A DNA stretch of 64,000 nucleotides from Eledone cirrhosa (lineage: Eukaryota), in the NCBI GenBank assembly GCA_964016885.1, contig OZ024740.1, positions 210,366,001 to 210,430,000 of the forward strand. Reading direction: 5' to 3'. Positions 23,951 through 36,445 of this stretch are shown here, piece by piece (positions within the stretch are counted from its first letter, which is position 1; every line of letters begins with the position of its first letter). The notes under the pieces were generated by a model that had not been told where the DNA came from, made no database searches, and saw only the letters and a list, made by a program, of their open reading frames with translations. The position numbers were made by a program, and so were the translations under genes.

Positions 23951-25600
23951 ATCAATCAAGTTATATATGGTGGTGTCATACCCAAAGACTGGTGCAGCAG
24001 TATTCTCATAAATTGCTACAAAGGTAAAGGGGATGCTCTAGAGAGGAGCAATTATAGGGACATAAAGCTGATGGATCAGGTTATGAAAGTGGCAGAGAGA
24101 ATATTAGCGCAACTGATTAGAGAAAGCGTCAAATTAGATGAGATGCAGTTTGGTTTTGTGCCTCGGAAAAGTACAACAGATGCCCTCTTCTTAGTGAGGC
24201 AACTACAAGAGAAGTTCTTAGAGAAGAATAAGCCACTATACTTAGCTTTTGTTGACTTAGAGAAGGCCTTTGATAGGGTACCCCGATCTGTCATCTGGTG
24301 GTCCCCAAGGAAACTAGGTGTAGAGGAATGGCTTGTTAGGGCAGTGCAAGCTATGTACAGGGGTGCTGCCAGTAAAGTGAGAGTGGGTATGGAGTTTAGT
24401 GGGGAGTTCCAGATACAAGTAGGTGTACATCAGGGTTCTGTCCTCAGCCCGCTCTTGTTCATTATAGTCCTCCAAGCCATAACAGATGAGTTTAAGACTG
24501 GCTGTCCATGGGAACTTCTCTATGCTGATGATCTTGTTCTTATAACAGAATCAGAGAGGAGCTAGAGAATAAATTCTGGCTATGGAAACAGCAGTTGGAA
24601 TCAAGAGAACTGAGAGTGAACATAGCTAAGACAAAAGTGTTGATAAGTAGAAGAGGTCAATATGCCAATTCCGTCAGGGAAATGGCCATGTTCGATATGT
24701 AGGAAAGGAACTGGCATAAATTCCATAAAATGTACGCAATGCAGATCTTGGGTACACAAGAAATGTAGTGGGATAGCAGGCAAACTAGGGAAAACTACGT
24801 ATGCAGTAGATGTACAGGGAAAGTTGGCAGTCGTAATCGCAGTGGTAGACACATTTTTCCAATGCAGGTGGGTTCTATAGGAGTGGTTGACAGCTTCCGG
24901 TACCTAGGTGATCAGATTAGCGTGGGAGGGGGGTGTTCCGAGGCCATAGTATCTAGAATAAAGAGGGGTTGGAAGAAGTTTAGGGAGCTGTTTCCTTTGT
25001 TGACATAGAAGGGTTTCTCCCTGCGTACGAAATTACGGTTATATGATGCCTGTGTGAGATGCGCGATGCTGCATGGTAGTGAGACATGGGCAGCAACTTC
25101 AGAGGATATGCGACGGCTGGAGAGAAATGAAGCAAGTATGCTCCGTTGGATGTGTAATGTCAATGTGCGTGAACGACCAAGCATAGCGAGTTGAGAAAGA
25201 AACTGGGTATAAGAGGGATAAGTTGTGGTGTGCAGGAGAGAAGGCTGAGATGGTATAGACATGTGATGCGCATGGAGGATGACCGCTGGGTAAAGAAGTG
25301 CCAAGAAATCCCAGTAGAAGGAAGACGCAGTAGAGGTAGACCATGTAAAACATAGGAGGAGGTGGTGAGAAAAGACCTCAGATCGCTGAAACTCACCGAG
25401 GAGATGACGAAGGACCGTGACAAGTAGAGAGATGCTGTGCTGAATAGGACCCGTCCAACCCTTGCAAGCAGGGAAAAGTGGACGTAAAATGATGATGATG
25501 GTATATATATATATATATATATATATATTGCCAAATATACTATACATACATTCATGTATACATCGCTATTTCAGAGCACCAATCCTAATATATATATATA

Positions 25601-26055
25601 TACAATATGTTGAAAAGGTAACACACCAGAGAGAGATATACAGTGCGCTATCAATAAAACAGGGTAAAACCACCAGTGTATGGAATCTATAACCTATGAA
25701 AGGCAGACTATAGCCTTACACACGCTGATGAACCGAGGTTATTCCATTTCTGTCAACAAATTACTGGCGAAACATCTCTTTGGATTTGTACGTGTGTTAT
25801 ATAGTTATAGAGGTATTTATTTACGCTTTAATTTATATTTTTAATTATCGTGTCTATAGTCTGCTTTTCATAGGTTATAGACTCCATACACTGGTGGTTT
25901 TTTCCCTCTTTTATTGATAGCGCACTGTATATCTCTCTCTGGTGTGTTACCTTTTCAACATATTGTATTTTAAAGAGCTCAGGATTTCTTCTCCTTTGAG
26001 CACATTATTTACAGGGAATGGTGAGGGCCTATGGCTTCGTTAATTTATCGTGATA
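25601..26055 (+). mobile_element. Short PLE-like inverted-repeat insert (family P4) with a central HHR
   Basis: Arms 25601-25713 / ~25854-25967; HHR in the spacer; tail with a GCTCAG...TTTGAGC hairpin; bordered by (TA)n and (TACA)n. Confidence 0.8.
25718..25797 (+). ncRNA. Type I hammerhead ribozyme candidate
   Basis: ACACACG-CTGATGA-ACCGAG...CTGGC-GAAA-CATCTCTTTGGATTTG-TA-CGTGTGT; perfect 7-bp stem I, imperfect stems II and III. Confidence 0.65.
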
Positions 26056-26427
26056 CATACATACATACATACATACATACATACATACATACATACATAC
26101 ATACATACATACATACATACATACATACATAATGGCTGCCCACTCGTTATCGAGTATGGCCATTGCACGAGGAGAAAGAAAAAAAAATAATAATAATAAT
26201 AAATAAATTTAAAAAAAAAATATATATATATATATAAATATATACATACATATACATACACACATACACACACACACTCACACACACATATACACACACA
26301 CATACATTAATAACAATAATAATAATAATAATAATAACAACAATAATAATAACGACAACAACAATAATAATATACATATACATATATATATACATATATA
26401 TATACACACACACGCACACACATAAGC

Positions 26428-26459
<32 letters not shown>

Positions 26460-26467
26460 GATAGCAA

Positions 26468-29400
26468 CTAACAGCGCTGCGATCGAATGTGGCTTTTTAG
26501 CCCAGCCAATGATCTAAAATGTCTTGCACAGAGTCGGCAACCAAAACATTTACTGGGAATAGTCGGCTCTGGTTGGAGTTCGTGTACTTTTGCATGTCGC
26601 TTGAGCCCTCCTGCTGATTTACATTCTCTACCACATGTTTGGCAAGCATGATGAATAGCATCTCCAACAGCAGCCTGGTAGTCAACCACTGGTCTTACTT
26701 TATGACTGCGAAGATGACTTTCGAGTCCAGCTTTGCTTAGGCAGAGTCTCGCACATACGCTGCATGTCAGCACCATAGGAGGACCCTCGCCGTCTGGAAG
26801 TGCAACAGCAATGCCCTTCCTCACATCCCCCTTTACTTTCTCGTATGCGATTCGAGATGCCTCAAAGGCAACTTTTCCCTCATATACAGTCTTTCTCCAT
26901 TTATTACGATCAGCAGCAATATTCTCCCATGTATCAGCAGAGATGTTAGCGTCTTTCAGAGAGGCTTTCAAGGAATCCTTATACCTCTTTTTTGGTTTAT
27001 GTGGCGGTCGTTTTCCTTTGACCAAATCTCCATAAAAGAGTTGTTTTGGTATTCTAGAATCCTTCATCCTGGCAAGGTGACCACTCCAACGGAGTCGTTG
27101 CTTAAGCACAAGAGCTTCTATACTGTCACACATAGAGCTTTCCAAAATCTCGACATCACTGATGTGGTCCCTCCAGTGAACGCCATGGATCCGCCTGAGA
27201 CACATCTGATGGAAACGCTCCAATTGCTTAAGGTGGTGTCGATATGTGACCCAGGTCTCGCAGGCATAAAGAAGACAAGAGAGCCCACATGCTCTGTACA
27301 CCTTTACCTTTGTCCTCCTGCATATGTCTCGACGACCCCAGAGTGGCCTGTCTAGCTTTCCGAAAGCATCACTTGCTTTCCTAATCCTAAGTGAGATTTC
27401 ACTGTCAAGGTTGCTGTATCGATTGACAGTGCTTCCCAGGTAGACAAACTGATCAACCAGTCCAAGTCGTTTGCCATACACATAGATGTTTGGTTCAGTG
27501 TACTGCTTACCAGGGGCAGGTTGGTACATGACGACGGTTTTCTTGAGACTGACAGTCAGACCTAGGGCAGTGCAAGCGTCAGAAAATGCATTCAAAATGT
27601 GCTGCATATCACTCTATGTGCGCTACACGATCGCAATCATCTGCATACAAGAGGTCTCTTATGATTGATGTAAATACTTTTGTTTTCGCAGCAAAGCGCC
27701 TGATGTTAAATATGCTGCCTGAGGTTCGATATCGGATGTAAACACCATGCTCGCAATTCCTGAATGCAATACAGAAAACCATTGCAAAGTATATGGCAAA
27801 CAGGGTCGGTGCTGGAATATCCCCCTGTTTCACTCCATTTTTTACTGAGATAGGCTCCGACATGTTACCCCCGACATTAACCCAAGCCTTCATGTCGTCA
27901 TGGAAAGACCTAACTAAAGCAAGGAACTTATCAGGGCAACCAAGTTTCTGGAGAACCTTCCATAATGCATCTCTGTTAACAGTATCGAAAGCTTTTGTCA
28001 GATCGACAAAAACCTGATACAGATCCAAGCCTTGTTCCATGCACTTCTCCTGGAGCTGTCTAGCTGAGAAGATCATATCAGTAGTGCCGCATCCAGCACG
28101 AAAACCAGATTGACTTTCAGGAAGAACACAATCTGCAATGTGTGTCAGCAGACGGTCCAGAAGCACCCTACATAAAACTTTCCCGACGACAGAAAGCAAT
28201 ATACCTCTGTAGTTCCCACAATCGTTCCTGTTACCCTTTCCCTTGTACAAGACCACCATTACTGCATCTCTCCAGTCCTCAGGTACGGATTCATTAGCCC
28301 ATATCCTGCCAAACAAAGAGTGAAGATGTTGCAGGAGTCTCTCACCACCATATTGTAGGAGCTCAGCATGTATGCCATCCATACCTGGAGATCTTCCACT
28401 GTTCAGCTTCGAAATAGCCACTGCAACCTCCACAAGCGTTGGAGGTTCTGCGAGAGCTACTTTCACAGGACTTTCTGGAATGAGATTGAGGAAATCTTCA
28501 CTGACGACAGACGGCTGATTCAAAAGATCATCAAAGTGCTCTCGCCACCTTCGTAGAATTCCTTGTGAGTCACGAAGAAGTTCTTTGCCATCCCTGCTGC
28601 GAAGCGGTGTCACCAGAGAAGAAGACGGTCCATAAACCTCACGCAAGAGACTGTACAACAGCTTTGTGTTATTGGAATCAGACGCAGTTTGTATCTCACC
28701 AGCCTTCTCACTCCACCACTGATCCTTCATCTGAGAAAGACTCCGCCTAACACGTGATTTTACATCCCTGAGTTCCTCATGCAACGTATTCCTCTCCTGT
28801 GGTTTTGCCGTCAAGTAGCGTGACAGAGCACGCCTCTTATCAGCCAACAAGTCTTCTATATGTACATCATTCTCATTAAACCAGGCCTGATGTTTCCTCT
28901 GCGCCAATTCCAGAACACGCCTGCCTACATCTTAAACCGACTTTTTAAGGGTCGGCCAATCCTCACCAAGATCTGCAGCCTGCATCACTTCTTCCAATGT
29001 CCTCTTCACATTTTTATCCTTAAGACGAGCAGCATTCAATCTTTTGGGCAGGGAAACACCAGGAGCCCGGATTTTACGTTTAGTGATTAGTTTCACTTTT
29101 GCGCGTACCAGGCGGTGGTCCGTCCAGCACTCAGCTCCACGAAGAACACGAACACACCGCACATCCTGTCTGTCATGCATCCTGACTAGGACGTAGTCCA
29201 AAAGATGCCATTCCTTAGATGCAGGATGCATCCATGTGGTCTTGAATTTGTTCTTTTGTTGGAACATGGTGTTGGTAACACACAGATCCAGCTCCTACAA
29301 CATCTGCAGCAGGAGCATACCATTGCTGTTACACTTTCCTACCCCATGCCTTCCGATTACATTACATGTGTTAAAATCCCTACCCACTCTAGCATTAAAG

Positions 29401-29935
29401 TCACCAAGCACGATGACTTTGTCTGCCTGAGGGATATTTCTTAAAACACCTTTCAAGGCATGGTAAAAGGACACCTTTTCCTCATCGACAGAACTCATAG
29501 TGGGAGCATACACATTCACCAGGGTAGTATATCTTCCCTTGTCCAGCGGAACTCTCATGGACATAAGACGCTCACTAATCCCTACTGGGAATTCTTCTAA
29601 TTTATTCACAAGTACAGTCTTAACAGCAAATCCCACCCCAGCCTCTCTTCTGGTTCCTTCATCTCTTCCTTTCCAGAAGAATGTATATTCTCCACAAAAT
29701 TCCGTAAGATGACCATCTCCAGCTAACCTAGTCTCAGATAAATCCACGATGTCAAGATCGTAACGTCGAAGCTCCTTTGCAACAAGAGCGGTCCTTCGTT
29801 CAGGACGCTCCAAGGAATCCCTGTCAAGCAGCGTCCGTACGTTCCAGCAGCCAAGACTATATGCCTTGTTTGGCTCTATTACAATGGCACGATGACGAGC
29901 GGGCTCAGGCTGTGATAACCTGGGCCCCCTGCCCT
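26468..29935 (-). mobile_element. RTE/BovB-like LINE with C-terminal C2H2 zinc fingers, frameshifted
   Basis: EN LGCWNVRTL..RPERRTALVAKEL, LSETRL, LGDFNARVG, WHLLDYV, WTDH; RT NYRGI, PESQSGFR, FVDLTKAFDTV, GVKQG, LLYADD; three CxxC-x12-H fingers in ORF 26468-27607. Confidence 0.93.
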
Positions 29936-30052
29936 TATTGCCAATGATCTTTTTTGTTCCTGAACCTAAATTGCCAATTATCTCTTTTATATTGTTCTGG
30001 AACATCATTGAATTGGAGAAGAAAAAAAAAAAAAAAAAAAAAGGTAATAATA

Positions 30053-30092
<40 letters not shown>

Positions 30093-30351
30093 TTTCTTTA
30101 TTAACCACAAGGGTTTACATAAAGTAGACATTAAGGACAGTGCAGGACAATGCAGGACGGTACAAATGGGCATTTCTGCGTGTAAAAAACAAAAACAGAG
30201 GATGTAACAAAAATAACAATGAAAATAACAATGAAAAATTCCCCAATAGGGGGGAGACTTCCGAGGGACATTTGTGGAGAAAGCCCATTAAAAGACCACA
30301 GTGGCCCTGACCACCAGGGCAAGTGCCCTCTCCCAGTTTTCCACCTTTAAT

Positions 30352-33300
30352 TTACAGACACATACTCAGAGAAGGCCCATTCATTCGGGCCATACTTGCT
30401 TCTCTCACCCATCTTTCAACAAAATGCTGGGAAGAGAGCACTTCCCTCTCTACCCTGATTTTCCTTTTCAAATGAAATTTGAAAAAGTTAATCAGGGCAT
30501 CACCGAAGAGGTAAGTGCTCGTCTTCAGCCCTTTCAAACGTGTCCACCATACTATCTCTTTCGCCATGGCCACCAGACAGATAAAAACTGCCTGCCCTTC
30601 CCGGCTAAAGGAAGGGGGCGGGGCAATCCTCACGATGGACTCAGCTGATAGCTGGATCCGTCCTACACGTGACAGCAGGTGTTCGACATAAACCCACAAG
30701 TCAGCAATGCTCGGACACTGGACGAGTGCGTGCAGGACGGTTTCGTCGCCCTGCGCGCATCTCGGACATGCCCGGCTGACGGCACCTCCATGCCTGTAGA
30801 GTTTATCCCGAACTGGCAAAGCTCCTCGGTAGCACTGCCAGGCCAGGGATTTCTGGAAGTTGTCCATAGGCCCCGGCCCGAAAGTCCTTCCGAAGAGATT
30901 GGCTAGTTGATTTTCGTCGACGCCTAGAGTTTCTCCAAGTACGTCGTCGCTCTTCCCCTCCACTAATCCCCTATAGAACGCCAAGGTGGAGTTTCCACCG
31001 ATCACATTGCCCGATTGGTCGAGGGCTGTGAGCGCCTGAAGACGTTCCAGTCTCCAAGCGCTCCCCCTCGGTCTTCGCTTGACCCAGGACTGCAGCTCCG
31101 TCAAGCAAACACGACCACACCTGATCACCGTCGAGGAAGAGGTGGAGATGTCGTAGCCTGAGCGCGTGTCTGCGCATCATCAGCCACGGCATGCCCAGAC
31201 CTCCACGTAGCGGGTGTTGACAGCAGATGGACCGCCTGACCATCGGAGCGCGTCCCTTCCACAAGAAGCGAAAGAGCAAACGCTCCAGCGCAGTCAGGCG
31301 GGGCTTAGGACAAGGTATGACGGTCAGGCGGTAGTAGATGACGGATGCGATGTACGCATTCGCCACCTCCGCTCGACCTTTCAGGGATAGCTTCCTCTCG
31401 GCCCATTTCTGGGTGAGAGAAGCCACCCTGCTCGTCACCTCGTCCCAGTTTTTGTCCGTCTGGAGGTCTGGACCGAACCAGACCCCTAGCAATTTAACCG
31501 GTCCGTCCAGCGCCCGACGACGCTGTTGGACGGCATGGACCTGCCTCTCCAGGTGCCGAGCTGCAGGCCCACTGATTTTTCCTGGTTGATCATTGCTCCT
31601 GTCACCGCTTCGTATTCTCTTAGTGTAGTGCCGATCGCCTCGATGTGTTTGGCGTTCGACACCACTACGGTGACATCGTCGGCATATGCTGACACGGATC
31701 TTCCGCATCCTAGTTCGCGCGGGATCCCCCTCAACGTCTCCAGCTTGTGCAGTAATGGCTCGAGAGTCAATACGTACAATAGGGACGAGAGGGGACATCC
31801 TTGGCGGACCGAGCGCATGATGTTGAACGGTTCCGAAAGGTGACCGTTCACTCTCACTACAGAGCAGATGTTGCTGTGCATGGCAGCGATCCAGCCTCTG
31901 AAGACGGGCCCAAAGCCAGCCGCCCTCAGGACTGCCTCTAGGTAACGATGGTCGACCCTATCGAAGGCTTTCGACTGATCTAAATTGATCAAAGACCCAC
32001 CCGTGCCAGGTTCCCTAGCTACCCTCTCTACGATGTATCGCATGAGGTGGAGGTTGTCGTGGATGGATCTGTCGGGAATGGCGCATGTCTGTGCCTCTCC
32101 CACCAGACCACCAACGACAAGCGCCAACCTCTTTGCTAGCACCTTGGCCAAAATCTTGAACTCTGTGTTTAGCAGAGTTATGGGCCTAAAATTATCTATG
32201 TTATCCCCCTTGTTCGGATCCTTTCTCAGCAGCGCCACCGCTCCTCGGCTCACAGAGCTGGGAATTCTCCCGTTCTGTTGCCAGTTGCAGTAGACGTCCG
32301 CCAAGAGGCCTCCGAACAAGTTTGGCATTTGTACGTAAAGTTCATAGGGCAGACCATCCAAACCAGGCGATTTACCCCTTGTGCAACTAGTCATTGCATC
32401 CCGTACTTCAGCGGTTGTTATCGGCTTTTCGCAACACTCCGCCTCAGTGGCCGAAAGCCGCGGCAGTCCGTCGAGGTAGACACTAGAGTCCATCCCTCGA
32501 TCCGGCCCGCCACTGCCCCCGAACAGTTGAGCGAAGTGTCGCTGAAAAGCTTCACACATTTGCCCGGGATCGAGTAGCATGCGCCCGTCGTGGTCCACCA
32601 AAGACCGGATCGTGGCTTTGTTGCCACGGCGCGCCTCCGCCACTCGGGCCCATTGAACGGCTTTCGTCCCCTCGTGTCTGAGAGCACGCACCCTAGCTCT
32701 GACAACGCAGCCTTCGTGCTTTGCATTGAAGAATTGGTCAAGGGCCAATTTCGCCGCAAGTACGTCGGTCGCGATGCCTTTGCTAAGCGCCTCATCTAAT
32801 TTTCTAACTAATTCTCCCTCTGCTCTATTTTTCTCTATTGCTAAAGTCTTACTAAACCTAATGGACTCTATTCTAATTGCTCTTTTCAGAGCAAACCACC
32901 ACTTGTTGTTGACGATGGCCCCCGTCAACGCCCGCTTAACTAGTTCGCTAATCCGGTCTCTGTAGGCCTTGCGCGCTGGTAAGGACGCGTTTAGCTTCCA
33001 GTAGCCGGGTCCTCGTCTATGAAGACTATCTAAGTCAAGCACACAGATCACGAATTTGTGGTCCGTGTAGCTGACTATCTTGAATTGTGGACAGCCTATG
33101 CTAGACCTATCTATTTCCCTACAAAATACTCTATCTAGATATGATCTGGATGACCCTATGCGATTTGTCCAAGTCCACATTGGTACATTAGGGAAATCCA
33201 TTCGGTACCTGTCAGACAGTTCAAAACGTCTGAGCAGGTTGGTGAGACTCTTGCACCCTCCTTCCCTATCCACTAATCCCACACAATCCCAGCGTGCATC

Positions 33301-33738
33301 TAAGATCCCGTTCCAGTCGCCCACTAACACTAAAGAGCGGGACGTTCCAAGAAAGGTCTCCAGACGCCGGAAGAAATCAGGCCGCCCTGCTCCTGTCGGG
33401 GCATAGACGGCCACTAACCTGAAAGCTTACCCGTCTCCGCTGGTCACGTCCAGCACCACCAACTTACCTTCTGGGTCCAGGAAGATGGCCCGTATGGCAA
33501 GATCCAAACCTCTCCGAAAAGGCACAGCAACTCCTCCCCCCGATCCCGGACGGCTGGGAGATGCGTACACATCGTAGCCATCGAAGATCGGGGCGAAAGC
33601 CTGTGCTTCGGAGATTCTGGTCTCGCTGATGGCCACTACATCTATGTTTAGTGACCTGAGGTCGTTGAGCAGGTGGCCCTGCTTCCATGACGACCCCAAG
33701 CCACGCGCATTTATGCTGCCTATTCTGAGTGAGGTCAT
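30352..33738 (-). pseudogene. LINE ORF2 (AP endonuclease + RT + C-terminal Cys-rich zf-RVT)
   Basis: LRIGSINARGL, AISET, VGDWNG, SYLDRV, YTDH, GYWKLN, KSPGLDG, NFRPITLLN, LDQSKAFDRV, QGCPLS, AYADD, CPRC..GDETVLHALVQC; split by ~3 frameshifts. Confidence 0.9.
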
Positions 33739-33772
33739 GTTGAAAAGGAGTGGAAAAGATGGGAAAGACCAC

Positions 33773-35275
33773 TTACCTTACTTCTCGTAGGGGAAGGACG
33801 GTTTTTCCATCCTTTTCACTGCTTGTGGCCTCCTCAGGAAGGATGTCCTTATAAATCCTCCTGGAGAGTGCTTGTCGGAAGTCTCCGATGTCTTTGGGGA
33901 ATTTTTGTTTTAGTATCATGTACGTTTTCTGTGTGATGCGAGTGATTTGTATGTGTGGAGGTGGTGTGAATTTTGGGGTTGTTGTGTAGTCTTTTTCTGT
34001 GATGCTGGTGTTGTGTTGGATGAAGTGTAATAATTGGTTGTTGTTCAAATTTAATGCTGTGTAGTGTGTATCGTTTTGGTTGTTTTGTTTTGTTTGCGTT
34101 TGTTGTGGGTTTGTTTCTGTTTCGCATTTTGGTGACTTTTGTGGTGTAGGCGCTGGTGCTAGTTCTGAAGCGTTGGGTGGTGGTGGTGTTGGTTTTGCTG
34201 GTGGTGGTGGTGGTGGTGGTGTTGGTTTTGCTACTGTTGCTGGGGTTGTTGCTGTTATAGTTGCTTCTGTTGTTGCTGCTACAGTTGTTGCTGCCATCTC
34301 TGCTACTGGTGGTGTTGATGGTTGTGTCACTGGGGTGGGTAGGAGAGGTGGCCTCAACCTTTTAGCCTGAGGGCAGAAAGCCCTTAGGTGGGTTCCTTCA
34401 CCACAAACGACACACCTAGGTCTTCTGCCCTCGACAATTACCGTGAGGTGGCTGCCGTGGGTCACCCTGATCTTTACGAGTCTCTGGCCACAATAGCTTG
34501 GGACGAGTGTGAAGTTGTCACTTTTTAATGGGGCCATGGAGTGTTCTCTAGCCTCCTCTGGTGTTTCAAAGAACACGTCCACGGTTCCATACTTTTGCCC
34601 ACGTCTGATGTGGATTTTTCTTGCCCACACATGTCCCAAAGCTTTTTGGATTTGGGACTCGGATGCCCGTTCCACTCGGCGCGATTTTACATTTATTGTT
34701 CTATACGACACGGTGCATAGGCGCCGATGCTCCATTTTATTAGGTGGGGGAGGGGTGAGGCTGACCCTGTACCCATCTTTCTTTACCATTTGTTTGGCAT
34801 TTTCTAAATCCTCCTGAGTTACCGTACAAGCTTCGAATTGTTTTGCTACTCTGGCGAAACTGAGGGTCGGTTTTATAATGTCATTGTTGTTGTTGTTGCT
34901 ATCGTTAATATTAATTTTAGTTTCAGTTGTGGTGGTGGTGACGTCAGACGTCTTTGGTGGGGAAGAGTCCATTTTGCTTGATTTCATTTCGACATCACGA
35001 GTTAATTTATTTTTTTCTTCTTTTGTTTCTGTTGTCGCGGTGGTGGTGGGGGTGGTGGTTGTCGCGGTGGTGGTGGTGGTGGAGGCTTTAACACCTGCAG
35101 TCATTGGTAATGGCGGGAAATGAATGTCTGCCTGAGACAAATTTAAAATATTGCTACTGCTTATATTTTTTTTTGTGTTGGCAAACGTAGTAACATTTAC
35201 AATGGTGGTGTCGGTGTGAGGTGTTAATTTGTGAGGAAGGCTTTCAGCTGTTTGGTGCAGAGGTGAATTAGCCAT
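33773..35275 (-). CDS. LINE ORF1 (gag-like; CCHC zinc knuckle, Pro/Thr-rich)
   Basis: Open 500 aa; CVVCGEGTHLRAFC knuckle; has an in-frame 186-bp deletion relative to the second copy. Confidence 0.75.
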   Translation of the reverse strand: MANSPLHQTAESLPHKLTPHTDTTIVNVTTFANTKKNISSSNILNLSQADIHFPPLPMTAGVKASTTTTTATTTTPTTTATTETKEEKNKLTRDVEMKSSKMDSSPPKTSDVTTTTTETKININDSNNNNNDIIKPTLSFARVAKQFEACTVTQEDLENAKQMVKKDGYRVSLTPPPPNKMEHRRLCTVSYRTINVKSRRVERASESQIQKALGHVWARKIHIRRGQKYGTVDVFFETPEEAREHSMAPLKSDNFTLVPSYCGQRLVKIRVTHGSHLTVIVEGRRPRCVVCGEGTHLRAFCPQAKRLRPPLLPTPVTQPSTPPVAEMAATTVAATTEATITATTPATVAKPTPPPPPPPAKPTPPPPNASELAPAPTPQKSPKCETETNPQQTQTKQNNQNDTHYTALNLNNNQLLHFIQHNTSITEKDYTTTPKFTPPPHIQITRITQKTYMILKQKFPKDIGDFRQALSRRIYKDILPEEATSSEKDGKTVLPLREVR

Positions 35276-35569
35276 TTTTTTTCAAAGAAATTTGTTGATA
35301 ATAATAAAAGTTTAAATTTTGGGCACAAGGCCCCAATCTTTTTGGGTGTCCTTTTCGGAAAACAATGTATGTGCGCTTATAAACAGTTAACAATAAAATT
35401 TTCCATAAATAACAATTTTTAACAAACGGAAATAACAAACCTTTCCGGAGCTCACGATGATACGATTTACTACGTAGGTCGCCAATAATAATAATAATAA
35501 TAATAATAGTACACTATTAATAATTATTAATGCACTCGTGCAATGCCTGTGCGTGACGAATATTTTTAA

Positions 35570-35800
35570 AGTGAGGAAAGACTGTGCACTGAGCTAATCC
35601 CACTCTCTGAGCGACAGTAGCTATAATCCGAAAAGAAGTAAAGATCAACATCATCGGTAACTACTGAGCCGCAGGTTTTATGTCGGAGTTAACCCAGTTT
35701 CCTGAGATGCCTTCCCCTGACAAGAGCTAGGGGTTCTTCACTCCCGGTGGTTTAACTGCGCGATCGGGCATCCAGCCCGATTATTTCTATGTCCCCGCGC
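35570..35800 (-). mobile_element. Probable RTE 5'UTR, possibly belonging to the 26468-29935 element and displaced by the Tx1 insertion
   Basis: Minus strand GGGGAAGGCATCTCAGGAAACTGGGTTAACTCCGACATAAAACCTG resembles RTE 5'UTR motifs; same orientation as the RTE. Confidence 0.4.
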
Positions 35801-35914
35801 AAAAAAAAAAAAAAAAAAAAAAATCACTTATTGACACTTATACGTACGACACACACGCGCGCACACAGCAACACTCATACATACAAACAAACACACACAC
35901 GCTACTCTACTCAC

Positions 35915-35968
<54 letters not shown>

Positions 35969-36084
35969 TACCGTCATTACTGATACAAGATTACAAGATT
36001 ATGTCAACTGTTGACTTTCAAGAGTTTGTATAGTTGAAGCCGATCGTATTACAGTCCAATATTATTATAATTGCTTTACAGCAT

Positions 36085-36228
36085 AGAGTCACGGCCCTCC
36101 ACGCTCTGAGCTCAAATCCCGCCGAGGTCAACCTTGCCTTTCATCCCCACGGAGTCAACAAAAGAGAGTACCAGTGATGCGCTGGGCCAGTCGCTGGATC
36201 CGTGCCAAAAGCAGAAAAATTATTATTA
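36085..36228 (+). mobile_element. SINE family A, partial
   Basis: CTCTGAGCTCAAATCCCGCCGAGGTCAACCTTGCCTTTCATCCCC...TACCAGTGATGC. Confidence 0.7.
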
Positions 36229-36360
36229 ACGTTGTTTTCTTAAGGCCCGGTCGCTGATGATGGTGATGGCGGCGGCGGTAGTGGTGGTGGTGGCAGTTGA
36301 TGTTGTTGTTGTGTTGTGTGCGTGTGTGTGTGTTTTGTTATTTTGAGTTTTTTTGTTTTT

Positions 36361-36444
<84 letters not shown>

Positions 36445-36445
<1 letters not shown>

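Larger units (their letters stand above)
21700..25500 (+). mobile_element. RTE-clade LINE, near full length, decayed
   Basis: AP endonuclease LRIATVNVGTL, AGDFNG, SQIDFLL; RT NYRDIKL, QFGF, FVDLEKAFDRV, GVHQGSVLSPLLF, LLYADD; PHD-like insert WPCSICRKG..SIKCTQC.SWVHKKCSG; (GAT)n tail; many stops and frameshifts. Confidence 0.92.
30091..35483 (-). mobile_element. L1/Tx1-like LINE, both termini present, inserted in (TAA)n
   Basis: ORF1 33773-35275 and ORF2 pieces 33738-30352; (AAT)n on both sides; AATAAA near the 3' end; termini shared with 50161-51981. Confidence 0.93.
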
